IMG/VR virus record: IMGVR_UViG_3300024331_000207
Location: 33,653-97,652 of that record
Reading direction: 5' to 3' (one strand)
DNA: 64,000 bases
DNA from: a virus
Taxonomy: Duplodnaviria; Caudoviricetes
The position numbers and the translations under genes were made by a program. This document shows, in pieces, positions 35,790 through 46,600 of the stretch. The notes beneath the pieces are model-generated. The model was not told where the DNA came from, ran no database searches, and saw only the letters and a list, made by a program, of their open reading frames with translations. Position 1 is the first letter of the stretch. Each line of letters opens with the position of its first letter.

Positions 35790-36079
35790 CGGTACCTCCC
35801 GACCACCTTGTCCCGCCCGGTCCACCCGTTGACATGTCCGTGGTTATTGCTGATCTGCACCCGGCTGCCGTCGATAGCGCTTACCTTGTGCAGGTAAACG
35901 CGCCCGCGGACGCGCGCCAGCACGATGTCCCCCACCTCCAGCGGCTCGCCCGCGGCCAGCTGCCAGATGGTGACCTCCGCCCGGTCGCGGATCAGCGGTT
36001 CCATGGAGTGGCCGCGCGGCCGGATTGTCACGCAGTCAGCTCCTCCGGCCAGCTGGTACCAGGCCCACGTTTCGCTCAC
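35786..36079 (-). CDS. Stand-alone S24/S26 peptidase domain
   Basis: RGHSMEP, GDIVL, YLHKV. Confidence 0.75.
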   Translation of the reverse strand: MSETWAWYQLAGGADCVTIRPRGHSMEPLIRDRAEVTIWQLAAGEPLEVGDIVLARVRGRVYLHKVSAIDGSRVQISNNHGHVNGWTGRDKVVGRYR

Positions 36080-36456
36080 CGGTTCGCCTCAATCCACATC
36101 GCGCGGAAGTGCTCCGTATCCCCGCCCAGGTCGCGGACCATCGCGTCCAGGGTGCGCAGGGAGGGTGCCGACACGGTCCCCGAGAGGGCAAGATGGACGG
36201 GCCCGCGGCCGAGCCCGGTCCGCTCGGCGATATCGCGGATAGAAGGCTTGCCGGCTTGCAGGTGCAGCTCCCGCAGCTCCTTCAGGACCGGCTGGTAGCG
36301 TGCCAGCCGCTGCTGGCGGCCCGCCCCGTTGGCCGCATTTTTCAGTGCGCTGCGCAGTATCCATGCCGCCTGCGCCTCAGGCGTGCGCAGCTGCGCCTCG
36401 GCAGCGGCCGCCAGCTCGCCTGCCAGCTCGTCAGGCAGGTCGATTCTCAGTTCCAT
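36076..36456 (-). CDS. RHH + HTH regulator
   Basis: LRIDLPDELAGEL...RTPE; LHLQAGKPSIRDIAERTG. Confidence 0.7.
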   Translation of the reverse strand: MELRIDLPDELAGELAAAAEAQLRTPEAQAAWILRSALKNAANGAGRQQRLARYQPVLKELRELHLQAGKPSIRDIAERTGLGRGPVHLALSGTVSAPSLRTLDAMVRDLGGDTEHFRAMWIEANR

Positions 36457-37106
36457 TCTGAGCCCTCCGTGTACAGCTGGTATCTCGCCAGCCGCCCGCG
36501 GCCGGCCGGCCGCGGGCCCGAGCACCCGCATGGGCACCAGGCGCGCGAGCCGTTCAGTACCTGGCGCACCCGCTCGCGCGAGATGCCGAACTGCTCCCCG
36601 ATCAGCTGGTAGCTGAGGCCCGCCTCGCGCATCGCCCCGATCGCCCGGTCCCGCTCGGCAATGCAGCCCGACTCGCGCGCCGCCGCGGCGAGCCGCGGTG
36701 CCTGCTGTGCTGCCTGCTCCCAGCTGTCGCGGCGCCTGTCCGCGTTCGCCGCCCGCTCCGTCTCCCTCCGCCGGGCGCGCAGCCACTGGCCAGCCCGCCC
36801 GCCGGAGTGCCACCACTGCTCCCCGGCGGGCGTGATGTACCACCGGTAGCAGGGGGTGCGGTGATACCAGTCCGAGGGCTCCGTCCGCCGCGAGCGGCGG
36901 ACCCGTCCGGCCGCCGCCAGCTCCTTCAGGAGGGCGTTCACCCTGACGGCCCTGGCCAGGGTGCCGGGCGGATCGGTGAAGGCCCGGGAGATCGCCCCGG
37001 CCTGCATGCCCTCGCGCCCGGCCAGGACGAGCAGGCCGAGCACCGGCATGACCCGCGGGGCGTTCACGGCAGTCCCGGTCTCCGCTATGGCCAGTTCAGG
37101 CTCCAT
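36447..37106 (-). CDS. Regulator with a C-terminal sigma70 region-4-like HTH
   Basis: GLSYQLIGEQFGISRERVRQ. Confidence 0.7.
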   Translation of the reverse strand: MEPELAIAETGTAVNAPRVMPVLGLLVLAGREGMQAGAISRAFTDPPGTLARAVRVNALLKELAAAGRVRRSRRTEPSDWYHRTPCYRWYITPAGEQWWHSGGRAGQWLRARRRETERAANADRRRDSWEQAAQQAPRLAAAARESGCIAERDRAIGAMREAGLSYQLIGEQFGISRERVRQVLNGSRAWCPCGCSGPRPAGRGRLARYQLYTEGSEWN

Positions 37107-37206
37107 TACTCTCCTTGTCCTTCCGGGCAAAGCCGCCGCCAGGCGGCGTCCGGAATGACTGATTGCAACAGGACCTCAATCGGCCCCGCCTCCCTGTAAG
37201 TGTAAG

Positions 37207-37641
37207 CTATGCGCTACCACGGATGCCGAACCGCTGCCCGACGGCCTGCCGGGTGATGCCCAGCGCCTCGCCGATCTCGGTGTCGGAGTACCTCTCGCGC
37301 AGCCGCGCTACCGCCTCGTGCGTGAGCGCGTCGACCTGCCGGGCGAACGCGGCCAGCGCGGCCAGCGCCTCCAGGTCCCCGGCAGCCCGCAGGCCGGCCG
37401 AGTCCAGCAGCCGGCGGTCCCGCCCGGCAAGCTCGGCCGGGCTGTACCACCGGTACTTCCTGGCCTCCGCCTTGCGCTGCCTGCGCTTGGCCCTGTCGGC
37501 GCTCAGCGCATCCGCCTTCCCCTGGCGTACCGCCGCCAGGATGAAGCCGACCTGATACGCGGGATAGCCGGCCAGCTCCCTGACCAGGGCTTCGGGTGCA
37601 CCGGGAAGCTCCCGGCGCACCCTGTCCTCACGGTTGCGCAT
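37207..37641 (-). CDS. HTH DNA-binding protein
   Basis: SDTEIGEALGITRQAVGQRFG. Confidence 0.75.
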   Translation of the reverse strand: MRNREDRVRRELPGAPEALVRELAGYPAYQVGFILAAVRQGKADALSADRAKRRQRKAEARKYRWYSPAELAGRDRRLLDSAGLRAAGDLEALAALAAFARQVDALTHEAVARLRERYSDTEIGEALGITRQAVGQRFGIRGSA

Positions 37642-38297
37642 ACTCTCTCTCCTTTACTGACGGGCTCGTCAGCGCGGGCCTGACCCGCGGACCCCCTTGC
37701 GGGGGTTTCGCCCTGTAACTGCCTGGCGGGGCTATCACCCTTCCCTGGTCGCTATCTGGCCAGTGCCGAGGGTGCTGTTGTAACCGGCCTTGGAGCGGCC
37801 AGCCGCCTGTGCGCGGGCGCTTGTAGGTGAAGTTCCAGCTCCGGTACGTGACCTCCGGCTCTGCGGTCCGGGTCTTGGTGAAGGTCACCGCGGCCTCCGG
37901 GTCGCCTCGGGGGATTCCCCCAGCCCTTCCCAGCCCAGCGCCGGCTCGTCCGCGTCATTGACGATGCCCGCTTCCCGCAGCCGGGTTGCGATAGTGGCCG
38001 GCAGGGACAGGCCGCACACGTCGCCGCGGCTCGCCTTTTTCCACTCCCGGTGCGCGTCGGCGATGACCTTCTCGGCCCGCTTCCAGTACGACGGATTCTC
38101 CATGGCTCTCCTTACCTCGCATTCCATTCATCCCAGTCCAGCCCGGGATGGCTCTCCTCCCAGGCGCGGCGGATGCGCCGCTGCAGCGCGGCTACTGCCT
38201 CGAACTTCGTCATGCCCGTCCCTAACTGTCCGCTCGCTCTGCCAGCTAGGCCGGCCACGGGGCACATGCTCCGTGGCCGGCCTGGTCCGCAGACCGT

Positions 38298-39200
38298 TTA
38301 GTGCGGTGCCGCCGGGCCGGCCAGGTTCAGCCACGCCCCCGCGCCCGCGAAGATGATCGCGAAGAGCGCGACCACCAGCAGCGCGCGCACCAGCCACGCG
38401 TTACGGGCCGGCAGCTCCGGCTCATTGACCAGCAGCCAGCGCACCCGCGCTCGGTGCGCCGGCGTGCCGATGACGCGCCCCTGGGCGAACGCCAGCCGGG
38501 ACTCGTCGCGGATCTTGGCCGCCGACCGCTCGGCGAAGAACCACTGCACGTCGTCGGCCACCCGCTGCATGATGCGGCTGGCGACCAGGCCGCCGGCGAT
38601 GCCCATCGCCACCGTGATCCAGGTGCCCGCCGCGACCCAGCCGTTGACCTCCGATGCCAGCACGCCGTAGCGGGCCGGCACCGTCAGCCCGTGCTGCAGC
38701 AGCCACGGCAGCTGCCACGCCAGCAGCCCGATCAGCGCGACCGGCACGAGTGCGGCACCGATAGCCAGCGGCACCCGCGTCAGGTACACGCCCCAGCCGG
38801 GATGGTCCCCGGCCGGGTACTTGGGCTTGGCGAACAGCAGCCGCACGATGATCGTGGCGATCACCGCGATGCCCACGTCGCGGATGTCGTGCCTCCATGT
38901 CACCCACCACTGCGGTGCCTGCTGGCCGGTGAACCAGCTGGCGCCCAGCAGGTTCTCGATGTGCACCGGCAGCCGGTCCCAGAAATCCTTCCAGTAGATG
39001 ACGGTGAACGTGGTCTTCCCGTAGCCGACGCCGTAGCGCACCTGCCAGGTGGCGAAGTACGCGAACGACACCGCCCACTTGACCAGGTGCGCGATCACCG
39101 CGCCCCAGGCGACGGACTCCAGGCCCGGCCAGGAGATAAGCCTGATCCGGGGCACGTCCGTGGACCGGCTGCGCGGCTGCGTTGCCGGCGCGGCGGTCAT
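38298..39200 (-). CDS. Multi-pass membrane protein (300 aa)
   Basis: About 5 hydrophobic segments; ATGA overlap with the lipoprotein gene. Confidence 0.75.
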   Translation of the reverse strand: MTAAPATQPRSRSTDVPRIRLISWPGLESVAWGAVIAHLVKWAVSFAYFATWQVRYGVGYGKTTFTVIYWKDFWDRLPVHIENLLGASWFTGQQAPQWWVTWRHDIRDVGIAVIATIIVRLLFAKPKYPAGDHPGWGVYLTRVPLAIGAALVPVALIGLLAWQLPWLLQHGLTVPARYGVLASEVNGWVAAGTWITVAMGIAGGLVASRIMQRVADDVQWFFAERSAAKIRDESRLAFAQGRVIGTPAHRARVRWLLVNEPELPARNAWLVRALLVVALFAIIFAGAGAWLNLAGPAAPH

Positions 39201-39619
39201 GCCCCCGCCCTCGATGTCAGGACCCACGCGGCCAGCGTCTGGTCCCAGAAGACCGTCCGGCTGGCCTTGCTGGCCCAGTTCACGTGCTCGATGTCGGTGA
39301 TCAGCGCGCCCTCGGCCAGCTGCCGCGCCGCCGCGTTCTGCGGCACGCCCACGCAGGTCAGCACCCGCTGGCGCGTGCCGTTCAGGTGCGGCTGATGGTC
39401 GTTGACCAGCGCCGTGGCGAACTTCAGCTGCGCCGCCCCGCTCGCCTTCACGGGGAAGCACTGGCCGATGATCACCTGCGCCGCCGCCTTGTCCGCGCCG
39501 GGCACCGACGCCACCGGGCTGGCCGGCACGCCGCTGAAGCTGGCGCTGTGCGCCCCGCCGCATGCCGCCAGCGGTGCGGCTACCGCCGCCACCGCCAGCG
39601 CCTTGAGTAGTACCTTCAC
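39197..39619 (-). CDS. Lipoprotein
   Basis: Signal peptide with LAAC lipobox. Confidence 0.75.
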   Translation of the reverse strand: MKVLLKALAVAAVAAPLAACGGAHSASFSGVPASPVASVPGADKAAAQVIIGQCFPVKASGAAQLKFATALVNDHQPHLNGTRQRVLTCVGVPQNAAARQLAEGALITDIEHVNWASKASRTVFWDQTLAAWVLTSRAGA

Positions 39620-39625
39620 TTTGAG

Positions 39626-42600
39626 TCACTCTCCTTGTGTCCGGGGCTTCGGCATGAAGCCCTCGCACCCGCAGGACTCCATCCTGCAGGCGTGCACATC
39701 ATCGGTTCCGTGATGTGCAGCTATGTGGCCGCAGGTGCAGCGGCGGTAACTGTCGTACCACTTCTGCCCTGACGGCAGTGCGGTCTTGCCGCGCTGCGGC
39801 CGCCGCCGGTACCTCTTCGGGTCGTCGTAGCTGGCGTTCCTCACGGCCCCCACTCCTCTCCCTCCAGCACGGGCTCGCCGAGTCGGCGGCGGATCTCGTT
39901 GACCATGCGCCGCTGGTTAGCGATCATGACCTCCGGCACGCCCTGCTCGGACATGCGAAGGAACGAGGCCTCGCGCCGGAGCAGCCGGTGCCGCAGGCCC
40001 GGCTCGGTCTCATCCCACTCGCGCGCCGCCTGCGCCTCTTCCGGCGTGAGCGGGTGCTGGCCGGGCCTCAGCTCGCAGCAGCCCTCGCTCGGGTAATGGT
40101 CCGGGTAGACCTCCATGCCCCAGTCACGCTGGGCCTGCGTCGGCTCGTTCATGACTCCGCCACCTTGATGTCGGCGATGAACAGCCCGCACTGCGCGCAG
40201 CTCATCGTGATCACCCCGTCCTTGTAGCTGGCCTCCGTGCCTGCCTCCATGTGGCAGCGGGCGTGGAAGTACATCTCGTGCCCGCCGCCGGCGGTGTGGT
40301 CGCAGCCCCCGGGGCCGCCGCACGTCATCGCGTCCAGCTGTTTCCTGGTGAGGCCGCCGCTCACGAGAAGCTCCCGGTGACCGCAGGGCCAGTCTCGCTC
40401 AGCAGTGTCATCTGCTCTCCTCGAATATTCCGTGCTCGCTTTCCTGCCAGCTGGGCCGCGCGCAGCGCCGTTGACTGCGCACGACCCGGGCGTCAGGACT
40501 TGCTCAGCCGCAGCAGCAGCTGCAGCTGCAGCTGGCCCAGTTGCAGCCGCAGCAGACGCACGTGCGCCGGCCGATGGCCGACAGGACTGCCCGCAGGCGA
40601 TTGATGATCATTCCGGTCCTCCTGATCAGACAAGGGGCCGGATTCCCTCCGGCCCCTGATAAGGGTGTAAAGCGTACGCTACTTACTATACTCTCCCCCG
40701 GCTTATGGCACCTCGATTTCGCTCACCTGCGGCCGCCAGCCTCGGATGACCCAGTTAACGGCCTGGCTCAGGCTGGAGCCTGGCCGCACGACGCAGCACC
40801 GGTACGTGCAGCTGTCGCGGCTTGGGCTGACCGCAACCGAGGCCCTGAATGCGGCTGGCTTGTACGTGCCGGACCAGCTGATGAACACGTCTCCGGCCTT
40901 GCGGCAGACCAGCACGCAGTAGCGGGCCCTGTCGTAGCCTGCCAGGGACACGCGCGGCTTCAGCAGCCCTTGGTCAGCCATGCTTTTCCTCCTCCCTCAG
41001 GGGCCAGGGCAGCCACTCCCGCGGCACCAGGCCGGTCACGTCCTGGCGGCCGGTCATGCCTCGCACCGCCTCGCATACCGAGCCGAAGATGGCCAGCGCT
41101 GTGTGTGACGCGGCGACAGCGGGATCGCTGTACAGGCCGGCCAGCTGGTAGTTCAGCAGCCACCAGCTCGCCCGCTCGCCCAGCTCGATGTCCTCCAGCT
41201 CGTCGCCGGCGTCCAGGCTCTGCCTCACGGCTAAGCCTCAGCTCTCGGCGGCATGGCGACGCCCAGCAGGGCGGCCACCATCCGGTCCAGTGCCTCCGGC
41301 ACGGTCCCGCCGACCTTGGGGCCGTCGCCGTCAGCGGGGATCACGTCGCTGGAGACCTCGCCGGTGTCCCGCCGCTCCGAGACGTAGTAGACGGTCCCGT
41401 CCCGGTCCACCGCCTGGATGAACCGGATCTCCACCCGGTCCGGCCGCTGGCTGATCCGGCGCGCCCGCGCGTCCGCCTCCAGGCGCCTGCCCGAGCCGGG
41501 GTTAGTGCGCTCGTTGGCCATGGCGAAGTACGCCTCGCAGCGGAACGCCATGCCGTACAGCGACTTCGGTGCCGCGGGACGCAGCTCCCCCGCGCCGTTC
41601 TGCAGGGCGTAGGACATCTCCTCCAGCGCCTCCGGCGGCCGCCCCCGCCATGCGCCGTAAGGCACGGCGGCCTGCGACAGCCGCGCCCCGAGGCCGTCCA
41701 TGTACAGGAAGTACAGCGCCGGCTCCTCGTCCCACTCGGTGCGCTGCTCCAGCGCGCGCCGCAGCGCGCTGAGGATCGAATCTCGCGTTTCCATCTGCTC
41801 TCCTTGTTCTGCTCGCTCCTGCCAGCTGGACCGTGCACAGGCATGCTGTGCACGACCCGGCCCTCAGGCCGGCCCGTCCAGCTCCCGGACGGTCACCTGG
41901 TAATCGGCGCCGTTCACCTGGATCACGAAGCGGTACCCGGCCAGGTCCTGGTGGCCCATGACCGCCATCATGGCGACGTCGCCGTCGCGATGAGCGGCAT
42001 TCCAGGCATCCATCAGCTCCATGCCCACGTTCCGCTCATCGGTCACTGGCCAATAGCGGTCGCAGGCCGGACAAGCCCCGCGCGGCTTTATGTCGCGGGT
42101 GACGTGGTTATGCCGCACCGCTGGCGGCTGACCCGCGTCCATAGCGGGCTGCACCGGCTCTGCCGGGATCTGGGACGGCTCCGGCCGCGACACGCCCTCA
42201 TGCCTCACCGCGCACCTCCGGCGCGACCTCGACGATCGTCTGCCCGGCGCGGTGCGCGTGGACCTCCGCGACCACGATGCCCTCGCGGTCCAGCTTCGCG
42301 GTCACCGCACTGATCGCCTCGATCCCGCTCTGCGCCGCCACCGCCTTCCGCTCGATGACGACGCGCACGTCCCATGCGTCCTGCCGTACCTCTGCCACTG
42401 CCGCCTCCTTGTGTGTGCTGACGTGCTCGCGCGCCGCCTTGCGGTCGCCGGGGCTGCGCGAGTCGAACTTCTCCCCGCAGGCGTTGCAGGCCCACCGGCC
42501 CAGATACTGGTGCAGCCCGGCCGGCGTGCTCATATCTCTATCTCCATCCTGGCCGCGCGCAGCAGGTACTCCCCGTCGTACATCCCGTGGTCCTGCTGCA

Positions 42601-42793
42601 TCTGCCAGATCACCTCCGCCAGGTGCTCAGTGCACGCGGCCCGCGCCTTGCGCCAGTCGCTCCCACGCCCGTCGGGGATCTTGACGTAGAAGTCCACCTG
42701 GTTCGGGCACTGCCGGCCGGCGTGCCGGTAGCGCCGCGCGCAGTAGTCGTCCCTCGTGCGCGGGCCGTAGTACAGCTCCGGCTGCTCGCTCAT
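39626..42793 (-). other. Run of small leftward hypothetical genes
   Basis: 39626-39844, 39841-40152, 40149-40364, 40703-40981, 40974-41228, 41231-41794, 41864-42208, 42198-42533, 42530-42793; 4-bp overlaps, many CxxC. Confidence 0.6.
40504..40611 (-). CDS. 35-aa Cys-rich peptide (not in ORF track)
   Basis: AGGAGG-N6-ATG; MIINRLRAVLSAIGRRTCVCCGCNWASCSCSCCCG. Confidence 0.65.
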   Translation of the reverse strand: MIINRLRAVLSAIGRRTCVCCGCNWASCSCSCCCG

Positions 42794-43617
42794 GCCGCAC
42801 CGGCCGCAGTCTTGCGCGCCCGCTTGCGCGGCTGCGCTTTCTTCGCCTCGCGCTGCGCGCCCAGCTGGGCCTTCAGCAGGTCCATCAGCTCCGACGCAGC
42901 CTCGGTGCCCGAGCCGGCGGGCACTGCCGCGACGGGCTGCCGGCTGTCTACCAGCGCCCGCACCGCCTCGGAGTAGGCGTCGGTGTGCACGTCCGGGTCG
43001 AACGCCTGCGTGGCGCCCTTGACGAACGCGCCGGCCATCTTCCGCTCAGCCTCGCTGGACGGCTGGTCAGCGGCCAGCCGGTGCAGGAACTCCGGCTCCT
43101 CGCGGACCTCCGACGGCCAGTACAGGGTGTGCAGCATGAGCGCGTCGTTGCGCGGCGCGATCACCGCCAGCGACTCCCGCGACCGGATGGCGATCGTGCA
43201 CACGGCCACCGTGCCGGCGCTCTCCAGCACCTCATACAGCAGCCGGTACGCCTTGCCGCCGCCCATGTCCGGCATCAGGTAGTACGAGGTGCGGACGGAC
43301 AGCGGGTCAATCTCGCCGGCGTCGCAGAAGTACTGCACCTGCGCCTGCTTCGCCGCCGCCTGCGGCAGCCCCTCCATGTCCTCCGGGGTCAGCGCCACCG
43401 TCTGCCCGGCGCCCTGCTGGGCCCCGCGGCCGATGTCGGCAGCCTGCAGCTCCTCGCCGCATGCCTCGCAGTACTTGCGATACCGGACCCGGCCGCCGTC
43501 CTTAACGTGCACCTGGTGCATCGGCACCGAATCGTCGGCCGTGGCCTTGCCCATCTTTACGGGGACATTGACCAGCCCCCAGCTGATCACGCCTGACCAG
43601 ACGGTATGAACTCCCAT
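42790..43617 (-). CDS. ku: Ku protein (NHEJ end-binding)
   Basis: VWSGVISWGLVNVPVK, HQVH..DGGRVRY, YYLMPD..G.KAY.LL, HTLYWPSEVR, DLLKA. Confidence 0.95.
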   Translation of the reverse strand: MGVHTVWSGVISWGLVNVPVKMGKATADDSVPMHQVHVKDGGRVRYRKYCEACGEELQAADIGRGAQQGAGQTVALTPEDMEGLPQAAAKQAQVQYFCDAGEIDPLSVRTSYYLMPDMGGGKAYRLLYEVLESAGTVAVCTIAIRSRESLAVIAPRNDALMLHTLYWPSEVREEPEFLHRLAADQPSSEAERKMAGAFVKGATQAFDPDVHTDAYSEAVRALVDSRQPVAAVPAGSGTEAASELMDLLKAQLGAQREAKKAQPRKRARKTAAGAA

Positions 43618-43631
43618 CTCCTTGCTCTCCT

Positions 43632-46600
43632 TTACTCATCCGGCTGCGCCTCGCGCAGCCTGCTCTCCGGCACCAGGAACGGGCGCCCTGATACCCGCAC
43701 GAGCACCGCCAGGTCGGCGGGGTCGTGCTGTTCCTGCGGTTCGCCGTAGCGGACCACCGTGGCGGCCGTCCAGCCCTGGGCCAGCGACAGGAACTCCACT
43801 GCCTGCCCCGGCCGGTACTTCCCGCCCGCGATCACGGCCGAGAACCCGTCGTAATTCGCCCGCGCCTCCAGCTGGGACGCCTTGCGCGCCCCGGCGATCA
43901 GCTCGCCGTCCGGGTCGTACAGCGCCCAGCCGTGCACAGCGGGCTTAATCGTCAGCGTCGTCACGTCGCCCGCCCCTGATGCGACTTGGCCAGGTGCCCG
44001 CAGTGCGCGCACTCGCTCTGGTCGCCGAGAGGCCAGATCCGGGGATTGCGAACCTGGCAGCACGTGCAGCCCTCGTCCTCCGTCCGCCCGATGCCGTACA
44101 GGCGCTTCGCCTCCGCGTAGCCGTCGAAGAACTCGCCGACCAGCGCGTCGTAGGCCTCCTCGGGAATGAACGCCCGCAGCTCGTCCTTGGCGCGGCAGAA
44201 GCTGTCCCTCATGCGGTGCATTGCGGCCATGAAATCGGCGTCGCCGAGTTTCTGCGCATCTGTGCGGCTATCCTTGCCCGCCCAGGGTGACGGGCCTCCC
44301 CACCGGTTGCGCTCCTCGCTCACCAGCCCTCTCCCCTCTCTAGCCGCCCCGCTGTGACGGCCTCGTGGTCCCAGTCGCAGTCCTGGCAGCAGCACCAGCA
44401 GCCGCCCCGGTCGTGCTCGGGGTCCTGCCGCTGCCGCTCCTCGTGGATCATCTGCGCCTGATAGACCGCGGGCGTCCCGTCCGCGCTCAGCTCGTAGCCG
44501 CTCACGTGACGCTCCCCTCCAGCCACTGCCCCGCCAGCTCCAGCCAGTCGGCCTCGCTGAGCGCGTCGCGCACCAGATCCCGCACCAGGGCGGTCCCGCA
44601 GTGCGGGATCAGCCGCCTCGTCGCGAACGCCTCTGCCTCGTCCGCCAGGTACTCAACGTCCTCGTCCCACTCCCCGCCCTCGGCCGGGGGCTCGTTGCCG
44701 GCCTCCTCGTTCTGCCGCCGGATGTAGGCGATCACGCCGGGGACGAACTCCGGCTCCTCGGTCTCAAGCCAGCGACGGACCTGCAGCGTGACCCATTCCA
44801 CGTGCTGGTCCATACTCACCTCGCTCACTGCTCTCTCCTTCTCTCCCGGCCCGCTCAGGGCCTCGTGCCGCGCTGCGCCGTGACGCGCACAGGGCTGAAC
44901 CCGCGCGGCTCCGTATTCAGTTATGTCTCGTCCTGCGGCGGTGCCGCTTGCTGTCGGCCCAGTCCATGAACAGCCGCAGGCAGGTGCGGCACCTTGTGCC
45001 CCTGTAAAACCTGCGGCTCATAATCCCTCCTCCTCCTTGTCCCCCTGCTGTGGGGGAGTGGTCCACGGCAGGTCACGGCCCAGGCTGATCGCGAACGCCG
45101 TGTCCGCCTGCTTCAGCTCGTCCTCGAAGCGCCTCAGTTCCGCCCGCACGTTCTCCTCGTGCCTGCGGATGATCTGGTTCATGGTGACGTAGCGCTGCCA
45201 GCAGGCACCCTGGAGCGCCTGCGCCTCGGTCTCGTTCATCACTCCTCCTCTCCCCCCATGAACCACCCGGGAACGGGTGCTTCGCCGCGCAGGGCTGCCT
45301 GCAGGTCCGGCGGTACCGGCCTGTCGCCGGGGTGCCGGTGCAGCAGGATGCGCAGCTTCCAGAACGAGTAGTGGCCGCAGCATCCGCCAGCGAGACCATT
45401 CGGGGTCAGTACGCCGCCTTCGGGCAGTTCCCCGGCCCACCGCTTCAGGTACATCGTGCGCAGCAGGGTCAGGCGCGTGATGCGGCGCGGAATCGCTCTC
45501 GGCAGCAGCAGGATGCGCTGCTCGCGCGGGATCTTGATGGCCCTCATTACCATTCCTCCTCGTGGAACTCGGGGACCCCGGCAGCCTCCAGCAGCTCCGT
45601 GTCGCCGGGTTCGATGTAGCCGGCCAGGCCTTGCAGCTCGGCCAGCTCGCCGTAGCTGATCCGCTCCGCGCGCAGCTCCGCGCGCAGGTACTCAAGCCGC
45701 TTTGCAATGCGCTCTGCCTCGTAGTCCCAGCTGTTCTCCAGGCTCTGCCCGAACACGCTCACTGCCGCTCTCCTCTCATGGGCGCCATCAGCATGACGAT
45801 GGACAGCCCCAGCAGGCCCAGGATCAGGCCGAACCAGATGCCGCCCCACTGCGACCGGCCGCGGTCAGCCGCAGCCCGGCCGGTGGCCAGCGCCATGAAG
45901 ACGCGGACGGCCCCCAGCACCAGGATCAGCACCGGGATCAGGTTTCCGGGCATGACGGCACCTCCGGCATCGCGCCCGCCCGGATCGTGAGATAGACGGC
46001 CCGGCCGGCCTCGTAACGCTCGTCCTCGCTAGTGCCCGGGCCTAGCTTGAGCAGGCCCAGCGCCCACGTCAGCTGCAGCATCTCGCGGTCGGTAATGTCG
46101 ATGAGCTGTGAGCGCGAGAACTGCCCGGTGGTCATGAAGGGCTTGCCTGACCGCATGTGCTGCTGCGCGTCGCTAAGCATCTGGATGCGCCTGGCGATCT
46201 CGCTCATCATGGCCTGTTCGATCACGGCCCCTCCCCCTCCTCTAGCAGGTCCACCGTCGTCAGCGTCCCGTCGGGAGCCGTCACGTCGAAGACCACCGCC
46301 CACGACAGCGGGCTGCGCTGCGTATGACGGGCGGCCTCCGCCGCCTCCCGCGGGCTGTGCGCGTCGACCTCGATCCGCCAGCTGACGGCGTAGGCCGTGC
46401 GCGGCGACGGCTGCGCGGTTACGCCCAGCACCTCGTCATCGGGGTACTGGTCGCCGAACCGCAGGTCGTGCAGCCCGAGCGCCAGCGGGATGTCGGCTGC
46501 CTCGTAATCCCAGCTGCCGCGCTGCGTGGTGACCGTCCAGGTTCTCACAGCACCCACCCCCACACCGTCTCCGCGGGCTCGCTGTAGCTGGCCTCGATGA

